Below the pieces are notes generated by a model. It did no database searches. It was given only the letters and a program-made list of their open reading frames with translations, and was not told the origin of the DNA. Shown here piece after piece: positions 27,551-34,454 of a stretch of 37,355 nucleotides of DNA. A program made the translations under genes and the position numbers. Where the stretch lies: the NCBI GenBank assembly GCA_903842855.1, contig CAIMNT010000096.1, forward strand, positions 1-37,355, given 5' to 3'. This DNA comes from an uncultured Actinomycetes bacterium (lineage in GTDB: Bacteria > Actinomycetota > Actinomycetes > Nanopelagicales > Nanopelagicaceae). Within the stretch, counting starts at the first letter, position 1. Each line of letters begins with the position of its first letter.

Positions 27551-28351
27551 ATGGATGTATTCCAGAAGAAGGCGATCCCTGCCGGGGTCAAAAAGAGTTG
27601 GCGGGCTCAAACAATTGCTATAGCAATGATCGGAGCAATCGCAGTTCCAATGATGGTCCAGAGCGAGGGAGCTTACGCTGCGACCGCTGCTAAGTCGCGG
27701 AGCATCCGACAATCTGCTCCCGTAAAGAAGACGGTCGCTAAGAGAGCGGTCGCTAAGAGAGCGGTTGCGAAGAAGGCACCAGTAAAGAAGGCACCAGTAA
27801 AGAAGGCACCAGTAAAGAAGGCACCAGTAAAGAAGGCTGCTATCAAGAAGTCGCCTCTGAAAAAGAGTTCCGGCACCAGAACTGTGAAGAAGGTTGCAAG
27901 TCGATCCACTGGCGTCAAGAAGAGTGCTAGAGCAAAGTCAACCTCCTCTCTTCATAAGGTTGCCAAGATCGGAGCTCAGAGCGCCGCAGTTGCTGCGGGA
28001 ACTGCAGCAGGTGTGGCCGTCTCTAAGAATCTTTCGCACAAGATAGCGAGTGATAAAGCTACATCTACTGCTGAATCCAAATCCGTTGAAACATCCAAAC
28101 CAACTGAGGCAACAATACCTGCTGAGGCAACAAAGCCTGCTGAGGCAACGAAGCCTGTCAACGCCACTACTAAAGGTGACTCAGCAAAGAGTGCCGAGGC
28201 ACCTGTAGTTTCACAAGAGGTTAAGGCTGCTACTAGCAAAGATGTTGCCAAAAGCGCTCAGAAGGGCGCAAAGGGTAGTAAGGCAAGTAAGGCAAGTGCT
28301 GCCAAACCGATGAAGAAGATGCGGATGCGTCGCTTGCACGTAGAGCCATAA
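27551..28351 (+). CDS. Secreted, highly basic Lys/Ala/Pro/Val-rich repeat protein (histone-H1/AlgP-like low-complexity composition behind a signal peptide)
   Basis: The signal-like N-terminus is MDVFQKKAIPAGVKKSWRAQTIAIAMIGAIAVPMMVQSEGAYA|A. It is followed by AVAKR/APVKK pentapeptide repeats, a Thr/Ser/Ala/Pro-rich segment (PAEATK x3), and the tail KKMRMRRLHVEP. The track start is GTG 27539. ATG 27551 has a better AAAGGTGA ribosome-binding site. Confidence 0.65.
   Translation: MDVFQKKAIPAGVKKSWRAQTIAIAMIGAIAVPMMVQSEGAYAATAAKSRSIRQSAPVKKTVAKRAVAKRAVAKKAPVKKAPVKKAPVKKAPVKKAAIKKSPLKKSSGTRTVKKVASRSTGVKKSARAKSTSSLHKVAKIGAQSAAVAAGTAAGVAVSKNLSHKIASDKATSTAESKSVETSKPTEATIPAEATKPAEATKPVNATTKGDSAKSAEAPVVSQEVKAATSKDVAKSAQKGAKGSKASKASAAKPMKKMRMRRLHVEP
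27731..27850 (+). repeat. In-frame 15-nt tandem repeat (8 units; 4 identical copies of GCACCAGTAAAGAAG at 27776-27835)
   Basis: Read directly from the sequence. It encodes TVAKR-AVAKR-AVAKK-(APVKK)x4-AAIKK. Confidence 0.95.
28103..28156 (+). repeat. In-frame 18-nt tandem repeat (3 units), encoding (T/P)AEAT(I/K)P-type hexapeptides
   Basis: The three units are ACTGAGGCAACAATACCT / GCTGAGGCAACAAAGCCT / GCTGAGGCAACGAAGCCT. Confidence 0.9.
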
Positions 28352-28580
28352 CTTAATCGAGATTGCATTGGGTCAATGTGCAAAAGTTCTCATGATTCGA
28401 ACCAGTAGCGTAAAATTGTTGAATCAATGAGTCAGAGGGCTTACCTGCAAGCCTTCTACTAACAGAAGCATCTTGACCCTTGCAATTTTGGGCACTTTTA
28501 AGGGAAATGGACAGGAAATTAACAGCAACTGAGGCGGAGTCCCCCTTGTGGGGGTTATGGATAGGGAGTAACTTCTTTTC

Positions 28581-28916
28581 ATGGAGATCATCTTTCATAC
28601 ACGTAATGCAGTTTTAGCAGAAGATTTTCGTTCCATCGCTTCAGAGAAGCTTCAATCGTTGCAACGGTTTGGTGTCGTCTTGGATGGGATAAAGGTCGAG
28701 ATAATCCACGAATCAAATCCCCGTTTTGGAAAAACCTCTCATGTCGTAACTCTCTCTTCTCACGGCAGTGGGCCATTTGTTCGCGGAGAGGGCCAAGCAT
28801 TTAATGATCTAGCTGCCTTTGATCAAGCGGTTAAGAGCATTGAATTGCAATTGCGCAAGACGCATGAACGCCTTAAGGATTACGGGCATCAATCGCTGCG
28901 TGAAGCAAAGGGTTAA
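28581..28916 (+). CDS. hpf: Ribosome hibernation/sigma-54 modulation family protein, short (RaiA/YfiA-length) form
   Basis: 111 aa. MEIIFHTRNAVLAEDFRSIASEKLQSLQRF...VEI...FDQAVKSIELQLRK fits the S30AE beta-alpha-beta-beta-beta-alpha pattern. No C-terminal dimerisation domain is encoded downstream in any frame. Confidence 0.7.
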   Translation: MEIIFHTRNAVLAEDFRSIASEKLQSLQRFGVVLDGIKVEIIHESNPRFGKTSHVVTLSSHGSGPFVRGEGQAFNDLAAFDQAVKSIELQLRKTHERLKDYGHQSLREAKG

Positions 28917-29060
28917 AAGCGTCAAAAAGCTCTCTCTATGCTTAATTGGGGAGATTCAATTAATTATTGATTGACCTATATGTGACTTGTAGTGACCTTG
29001 TTGATTCAATGAATGCCTCATGTCACGCAAAGTCATGAACCTTGGTGAGATACTAAATCC

Positions 29061-30272
29061 ATGAAGCCGGTCATCAGCGCCCTCAAGGCGGTACGACGAT
29101 TTTTTCTGCGCAAAAAAGCGGTTTATCTTGCATGGCGGGTTCGGTTCGATCGCGAAACTAGACTTCGCATTCTTTCAAAGAAGCGTGGAGTCAAGAGATT
29201 TTTCGGATCACCTTTCCGTTCCAAACCTAGTTTTCTCATCGGGCCAACTAACTCGGCAAACCAGGCGACCCTGTGGGCGAAGGCGTTAACAAAGGCTGGT
29301 CTTGCCTCCCAATCGCTTCGAATTTCTGGCGAGCTAGCCAAGGAGTGGTTCACAACAGATTTTGCACTCACCCGGGAGCAGTGGAGAGATTTTTCTAGCC
29401 GGCAAGAACTTGCTGATTTGGTTGCTTCCACAAAGGATGTTGTCCTCTTTGAATCGCTCCGGCCAATCTTCCGTCTTCAAAACGCAAAGGATGGCAGGAA
29501 TCTCATTCTTGAAGACTTTGAATTAATGAAGTTGCTTGGCAAGAAGAGTGGCATTGTATTTCATGGCAGCGATATACGTGATACCGAGGCGCATGCGAAA
29601 CGAAACCCCTTTTCGCCTTTCCACAAAGAGAGCCCCGAATTAGAAAAATTACGTGCTCGGACTACTGAGAATGCTGCGCTACTTCCTGAAATTCGGCAGA
29701 GGAAAATCCCAATCTTTGTTACTACAAAAGATTTATTACTCGACCTCCCCGATGCGCACTGGCTCCCAGTCGCAATTGATTTTGATCGTTTCCATAAAGT
29801 TGCTCTGGAGTCCCCAATCTATCCAGAGGTGGATGCTCCGCTACGCGTCCTCTTCCTTCCAAGCCGCTCCTGGCTGAAATCCGCTGATTTAATTGAACCA
29901 GTGCTTTTGAAACTTCGCGATGAGGGGGTAATTAGTTACCACAGTTACCTTGCTGGCGAAGAGAGCCTTACTCATGCTGAAGTTCCGGAAGCGATTGCCA
30001 AAGCGGATCTTGTCATCGATCAATTCTTAGGAGTAATCGGAGTCTTCCCACTCGAAGCGCTGGCGGCTGGTCGTTTGGTGATGAGTTACGTTCCGGAGGA
30101 GGCAGGGGAAGTTCCAATCATCAATATCACTCCAGATACTCTCGAATCGGAGATACGCAGGGTTGCCAGTACAAAACCACATCCGCAAGCCGGTATCGAC
30201 TATGTGCGGGAGTGGCACGATGGGCGTGAAAGTCTTCTAGCTCTTGCGGAGGTCTTTGGCTTCAAGATTTAG
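29061..30272 (+). CDS. Hypothetical protein, possibly a GT-B-like glycosyltransferase with a very basic N-terminus
   Basis: 403 aa. The C-terminal half (LRVLFLPSRS...AIAKADLVIDQFLGVIGVFPLEALAAGRLVMSYV) resembles the second Rossmann domain of GT-B enzymes. The N-terminus is Arg/Lys-rich. The function call is weak. Confidence 0.4.
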   Translation: MKPVISALKAVRRFFLRKKAVYLAWRVRFDRETRLRILSKKRGVKRFFGSPFRSKPSFLIGPTNSANQATLWAKALTKAGLASQSLRISGELAKEWFTTDFALTREQWRDFSSRQELADLVASTKDVVLFESLRPIFRLQNAKDGRNLILEDFELMKLLGKKSGIVFHGSDIRDTEAHAKRNPFSPFHKESPELEKLRARTTENAALLPEIRQRKIPIFVTTKDLLLDLPDAHWLPVAIDFDRFHKVALESPIYPEVDAPLRVLFLPSRSWLKSADLIEPVLLKLRDEGVISYHSYLAGEESLTHAEVPEAIAKADLVIDQFLGVIGVFPLEALAAGRLVMSYVPEEAGEVPIINITPDTLESEIRRVASTKPHPQAGIDYVREWHDGRESLLALAEVFGFKI

Positions 30273-30329
30273 TGGATCCAGCGGCCAACCATTGAATCGG
30301 TAAATGATTAGAACGGTCACTACACCCTG

Positions 30330-30947
30330 TTACGGAAGTGGGCCAATATATTTACGATAGCCCTTCTCCCAATTGGAGAGGAAAATAGCCTGTCCCGCTT
30401 TGAGTGAAAGTCGTCCGGAGCATACGAGCCGGTGGATCTGATTTTCGAGCTGGTCTTTAACATAAGAGCTGTACTTGATGTTGTGGGGTTCCGGAAAGAG
30501 GTTTAACGGACTACTGGGATTTCCACCCACCTCGAGAGGAACTATGTGGTCCTCTTCATAATCTCTCATGTTCAAATCACCATCGAGGTTGTACCCCGAG
30601 TGAAGTTGGTTGTACTTCAACTGATTGGTGTAACTAACGGGTGGTCGAACTGTTGCGGTCCAACCCACAACACAAATATTGGCACGAATATTGGCTTGGG
30701 TAACCGCGGGATTTACCGCACCTGGCGTCAATTTTACATTTGGCAATCCAGAACTTTCGGAATAGGTAGCGGCGCCGCATGCGGATAGACCAAGTGTGGC
30801 TGCCAACATCAGACTCGTTACAACCAGAGCTGAGTTTCGAGAGGTGCGACGTAAAAGTTCGGACTCCCAAAGACTGGTTTCACCTTGGCTGAAAGTAGTT
30901 AATGAGTTGGTTCTAGAAGGCTTTCGCACCTTTGAGGTTAAGGACAT
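30330..30947 (-). CDS. Lipoprotein with a C-terminal His-Me finger (HNH-like) nuclease domain
   Basis: Lipobox LGLSAC (Cys57), preceded by LLRRTSRNSALVV (a possible twin-arginine n-region). The HNH-like core is YEEDHIVPLEVGGNPSSPLNLFPEPH...KDQLENQIHRLVCSG (about 30480-30551). There is a 10-nt overlap with the upstream lipoprotein gene. Confidence 0.6.
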   Translation of the reverse strand: MSLTSKVRKPSRTNSLTTFSQGETSLWESELLRRTSRNSALVVTSLMLAATLGLSACGAATYSESSGLPNVKLTPGAVNPAVTQANIRANICVVGWTATVRPPVSYTNQLKYNQLHSGYNLDGDLNMRDYEEDHIVPLEVGGNPSSPLNLFPEPHNIKYSSYVKDQLENQIHRLVCSGRLSLKAGQAIFLSNWEKGYRKYIGPLP

Positions 30948-31588
30948 TGATAACCGAACTCACTCTCCACATTTGTAGGCACTTTGCCGCATCCCACGAG
31001 AGCCGTTCCGAAATCAACGACGCTCCATTTCTTATTTTCTACTGTAGCGAAACCATAAGCGTTGTCGGTGACAGGTAGATAAGGAACTGTGGTGAAGATA
31101 ATCCACTGTGGATCGATTTTTGAACTGCGAATATCAACGACGGCGGCAAAATATTTATCACCCTGCATCTCTGTTTTAATCACGTTTGCCACGAGATCGG
31201 TGCTGGTGGCTTGTGGCACAAGCGCGCCACCTTTGTAGTGATTGAAATAAGGAAGTGGTGAGTTGGGGTATTGCCCCAGCAGAGTCCAGGGAACAACCAC
31301 CTGTGAAAGTTCTCCTTGAGTGGCATTAGGCCACTGCAGGAGCCAACCCGCTTCGGTATCAACTCCCACTGGAAGTTTGCGCGCGAGTTGCGCCTTTACT
31401 TCATCGTTTTTCCAGGTTGCCATCTTGGGATGATTTGCGTTGAAGGTAGAGACCAAGAGGTTAATCCCTGCAATTAAATTGCTATCGGCTGGTCGCTGGT
31501 CACCCGACTGAACTCCGCAAGCAGATGTGAGAAGAATTGAACTCAAAATCGCACTGAGAGCAACTAGAGCGCGAGTTTTTTTAGCCAC
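30938..31588 (-). CDS. Lipoprotein of unknown function
   Basis: The track ORF extends to 31648, where it would overlap tadA. I prefer GTG 31588, which gives VAKKTRALVALSAILSSILLTSAC (signal plus lipobox). The mature part has no recognisable motifs. Confidence 0.55.
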   Translation of the reverse strand: MAKKTRALVALSAILSSILLTSACGVQSGDQRPADSNLIAGINLLVSTFNANHPKMATWKNDEVKAQLARKLPVGVDTEAGWLLQWPNATQGELSQVVVPWTLLGQYPNSPLPYFNHYKGGALVPQATSTDLVANVIKTEMQGDKYFAAVVDIRSSKIDPQWIIFTTVPYLPVTDNAYGFATVENKKWSVVDFGTALVGCGKVPTNVESEFGYQCP

Positions 31589-31638
31589 TTGAGGATAGTA
31601 ATCCCTGCCCGCCTTTCCACAGGCAAAAGTTATCCCCA

Positions 31639-32712
31639 GTGGGTTCACAGGCTGAGCTGATCGATTCGTGCCTGGAGTTTCATCTGCTTGTGAGCGAAAT
31701 GAAGAATGAATTTGGACCCCTTGCCGCTTTGATGGCAGATCCGACCGTGGAAGAGATCTGGATTAACTCGCCACATCGGATCTTTATCGCTCGTGCAGGG
31801 GTGAGTCAGCTCACCAATCTGGTTTTGCAGCAAGAAGATATTCACGACTTAGTAGAAAGGCTCCTCATGTGGGGCGGAAGGCGACTTGATCTATCGCATC
31901 CTTTCGTGGACGCCCGCTTACCGGACGGAAGCCGGTTGCATGTAGCAATTCCCGATGTCACCGCAGTCAACTGGGCGGTAAATATTCGCAAACACCTGAT
32001 CCGAGGTAAATCGCTAGCCAACCTTTCAGAGCTTGGGGTGATGAGTCCTGAGATAGCCGAATACTTAACAGAGTCGGTCCGCGCGGGACTGAACATTCTG
32101 GTGAGTGGATCAACGCAAGCCGGCAAGACCACGCTTTTAAATGCGCTGGTGAGCGCGGTTCCATTTCATAATCGGGTCATAACCATCGAGGAGGTCTTCG
32201 AGCTCAAGCCACAACTACCTGACTGCGTTGCGCTACAAACTCGCCAGGCGAATCTTCAAGGTGAAGGAGAGATTCCGCTTCGAAAATTGATTAAAGAGGC
32301 GCTGCGGATGCGGCCATCACATCTGGTTGTGGGTGAGATTCGCGAAGCTGAAGCGCTAGATCTGCTTATTGCGCTTAACTCGGGTTTACCAGGAATGGCG
32401 ACGATTCACGCAAATTCTGCGCGGGATGCGATTGCCAAATTGCAGACACTTCCGTTACTTGCCGGAGAAAATATCTCCTATCAATTTGTAGCTCCAATTG
32501 TTGCAGCCACCATTGACCTGATTGTTCACTCTACGATCTTGCGCGAAACAGGTGAGAGGCGAATCGTTGAGATCGCCCATGTCACTGGTCGAATCGAGAA
32601 CGATCGCGCCGAGATTGAACCTCTATTTACTTATCGTGACGGTAAATACGAAATGGGTCTCGGTGATCCATATCGAGTATTTGACTCCGGCGGATCGCAG
32701 CGGTCAGCATGA
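31639..32712 (+). CDS. tadA: Tad/Flp pilus assembly secretion ATPase TadA/CpaF
   Basis: Walker A GSTQAGKTTLLNAL, Walker B HLVVGEIR, His box TIHANSA, and N-terminal PTVEEIWIN. The start is uncertain (GTG 31639 or ATG 31699). Confidence 0.9.
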   Translation: MGSQAELIDSCLEFHLLVSEMKNEFGPLAALMADPTVEEIWINSPHRIFIARAGVSQLTNLVLQQEDIHDLVERLLMWGGRRLDLSHPFVDARLPDGSRLHVAIPDVTAVNWAVNIRKHLIRGKSLANLSELGVMSPEIAEYLTESVRAGLNILVSGSTQAGKTTLLNALVSAVPFHNRVITIEEVFELKPQLPDCVALQTRQANLQGEGEIPLRKLIKEALRMRPSHLVVGEIREAEALDLLIALNSGLPGMATIHANSARDAIAKLQTLPLLAGENISYQFVAPIVAATIDLIVHSTILRETGERRIVEIAHVTGRIENDRAEIEPLFTYRDGKYEMGLGDPYRVFDSGGSQRSA

Positions 32713-33443
32713 TGGCCAGAAAAGGAAAACCAAAAAGTATCCATGTGTTTTCTGCGGGAGCCCTCGGTTTCCTCGTTGCGCATGCCCTGATTGGAACCAA
32801 TCTACTTGCCATCCCAGCTGCTGGATTGGGGGCTCTCATCCCGTCAATTCTGATGAAGCGAAAAATGCAACGCCGACAAGAAGCTCTTGCCGGGCTCTGG
32901 CCAGAGATCCTCGATCACATGATCTCAGGTCTACGTTCGGGACTCTCTATTGCCGAAACTATCTCTGGTTTATCTACGCGTGGACCTGAAATTTCCAGGC
33001 CGATCTTTGGAGAGTGCAAAAAGATGCTGCTCTCAGGTGTCGAGATCTCGAAAATATTTGTATTTATCAAAAGAGAATTTAGTGATCCAGTGGCCGATCA
33101 AGTCTGTGAGGTGCTGGATTTTGCGCGAGGGACAGGGAGCCGCGATACCGCAATAACGCTAAGGAAGTTGGGGGACTTTATCCGGAGCGATATTGCGGTT
33201 CGTGGTGAGATTTACGCAAAGTTGGGTTGGATCAAGAATTCTGCAGTAGTAGCAGCTGCCGCTCCTTGGATTCTTCTCGTCATACTTTCAACGCAACCGA
33301 CTACCTTGCAGGCCTTCTCCACTTTAAGCGGCCATCTCATTCTGCTCTTTGGCGTTCTGCTAAGCCTTCTGGCTTATCTCTGGATGTCACGTGTGGGGCG
33401 AGTACAAGAAGTTCCGAGAATATTTAGCGGTGAGCTCGCATGA
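32709..33443 (+). CDS. tadB: Tad pilus platform protein TadB (T2SS-F-like)
   Basis: Polytopic membrane protein with a cytoplasmic helical domain (WPEILDHMISGLRSGLSIAETI). ATGA overlap with tadA. Confidence 0.75.
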   Translation: MMARKGKPKSIHVFSAGALGFLVAHALIGTNLLAIPAAGLGALIPSILMKRKMQRRQEALAGLWPEILDHMISGLRSGLSIAETISGLSTRGPEISRPIFGECKKMLLSGVEISKIFVFIKREFSDPVADQVCEVLDFARGTGSRDTAITLRKLGDFIRSDIAVRGEIYAKLGWIKNSAVVAAAAPWILLVILSTQPTTLQAFSTLSGHLILLFGVLLSLLAYLWMSRVGRVQEVPRIFSGELA

Positions 33444-34027
33444 GATTTCTTATTGCCCTAATGGCCGTTGCTCCGATACTAGGTGTGGCACTTTCTGTCT
33501 TGTGGTCCGAATTCCGCAGCGAACTAATTACGGGCTATAACAGCGCAACTTATAAGGTCGAGAGTAAGAAATCTCGCAAGAAAATCGAATCCGAATTTCC
33601 ACTTGTGGTTGAGTTGTTCGCTATTTTATTGGCCGGCAATCAGAGCCCTGCGACCGCTCTTGATCACATTAGTCGTCGCGCAGAGGGAGAGTTTGCTCTC
33701 TTGCTCCGAGAGTGCGTTTCAGAAATTCACTCTGGTGCAAATTTCTCGCAAGCGCTTGACCTGCTAAATACTCGAATCCAATCTCCCATGGTTCGTCGAT
33801 TCTGCGATTCCTTGATGATCGCTATAGAGCGCGGATCGCCACTTGTCGACGTAGTAAATAGACAGGTCGAGGAAGTTCGCAGTGAAGAGCGATCCCGACT
33901 CCTCGTCACGGCTGGCAAGGCTGAGATCGCGCTCATGATCCCTGTTGTCTTCCTCATCCTTCCTGTCTCAGTTCTCTTCGCACTCTGGCCGTCTTACTTC
34001 GCTCTTGGCCACAGCGTTGGATTCTGA
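33440..34027 (+). CDS. tadC: Tad pilus platform protein TadC (T2SS-F-like)
   Basis: N-terminal TM segment, a helical domain (FPLVVELFAILLAGNQSPATAL...) and two C-terminal TM segments. ATGA overlap with tadB. Confidence 0.75.
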   Translation: MRFLIALMAVAPILGVALSVLWSEFRSELITGYNSATYKVESKKSRKKIESEFPLVVELFAILLAGNQSPATALDHISRRAEGEFALLLRECVSEIHSGANFSQALDLLNTRIQSPMVRRFCDSLMIAIERGSPLVDVVNRQVEEVRSEERSRLLVTAGKAEIALMIPVVFLILPVSVLFALWPSYFALGHSVGF

Positions 34028-34194
34028 GCACTACTGAACAAGCACTACTGAACAAGCACTACTGAACAAGCACTACTGAACAAGCACTACTGAACAAGCA
34101 CTACTCAACAAGCACTACTCAACAAGCACTACTCAACAAGCACTACTCAACAAGCACTACTCAACAAGCACTACTCAACAAGCACTACTGAATA
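34028..34194. repeat. Perfect 14-bp tandem repeat array: 5 x GCACTACTGAACAA, 6 x GCACTACTCAACAA, then one truncated G-type unit
   Basis: Counted directly. Unit boundaries fall at 34028, 34042, 34056, 34070, 34084 (G-type); 34098, 34112, 34126, 34140, 34154, 34168 (C-type); and 34182-34194 (GCACTACTGAATA). The array begins at the first base after the tadC TGA and ends 35 nt before the flp ATG. Confidence 0.97.
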
Positions 34195-34229
34195 CCGCCT
34201 CTATCGACAGCTTTCGGCAAGGAGAGAAA

Positions 34230-34454
34230 ATGATGAATATGGGAAGTCGCCTAATAAATGAACTCAGAGAGAAAGTACTGAAAAGTTCAGTGCAAGTTTT
34301 CCGAGCGCTGAGTGAGGAGCGAGGCGATGTGCCGGGCTGGGTCTTGGTGGTTCTAATGACCACCGGCCTTGTGACAGGAATCTGGACATTAGCCGCGCCA
34401 CGTATTGATGCGATTCTGCGTAATTCACTCGACTCGATGAGTGGCATTCGGTGA
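34230..34454 (+). CDS. flp: Flp-type pilin-like small protein (actinobacterial DUF4244-like), non-canonical processing motif
   Basis: 74 aa. AAGGAGAG lies 4 nt upstream. Basic leader, then EERG|DVPGWVLVVLMTTGLVTGIW (hydrophobic helix). Its position between tadC and the tadE-like genes matches Rv3656c-type pilins. Confidence 0.6.
   Translation: MMNMGSRLINELREKVLKSSVQVFRALSEERGDVPGWVLVVLMTTGLVTGIWTLAAPRIDAILRNSLDSMSGIR

Noticed and set aside
27673-28251. Minus-strand ORFs with striking FFTGA repeats (27673-27918) and a second at 27976-28251.
   Set aside because: They are the reverse-complement reading of the 15-nt and 18-nt repeats in the plus-strand Lys-rich gene. That gene has a signal peptide, a ribosome-binding site and a coherent composition.
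31639-31648. A head-to-head overlap of the divergent lipoprotein and tadA ORFs.
   Set aside because: This is most likely an artefact of longest-ORF calling. The lipoprotein signal peptide begins at GTG 31588, and tadA may start at ATG 31699.
34028-34194. Whether the 14-bp array is a CRISPR array or a coding low-complexity segment.
   Set aside because: The units are directly abutting with no spacers, and 14 bp is far shorter than a CRISPR repeat. No cas genes are nearby. The period is not divisible by 3 and TGA rotates through all frames, so the array is not coding.
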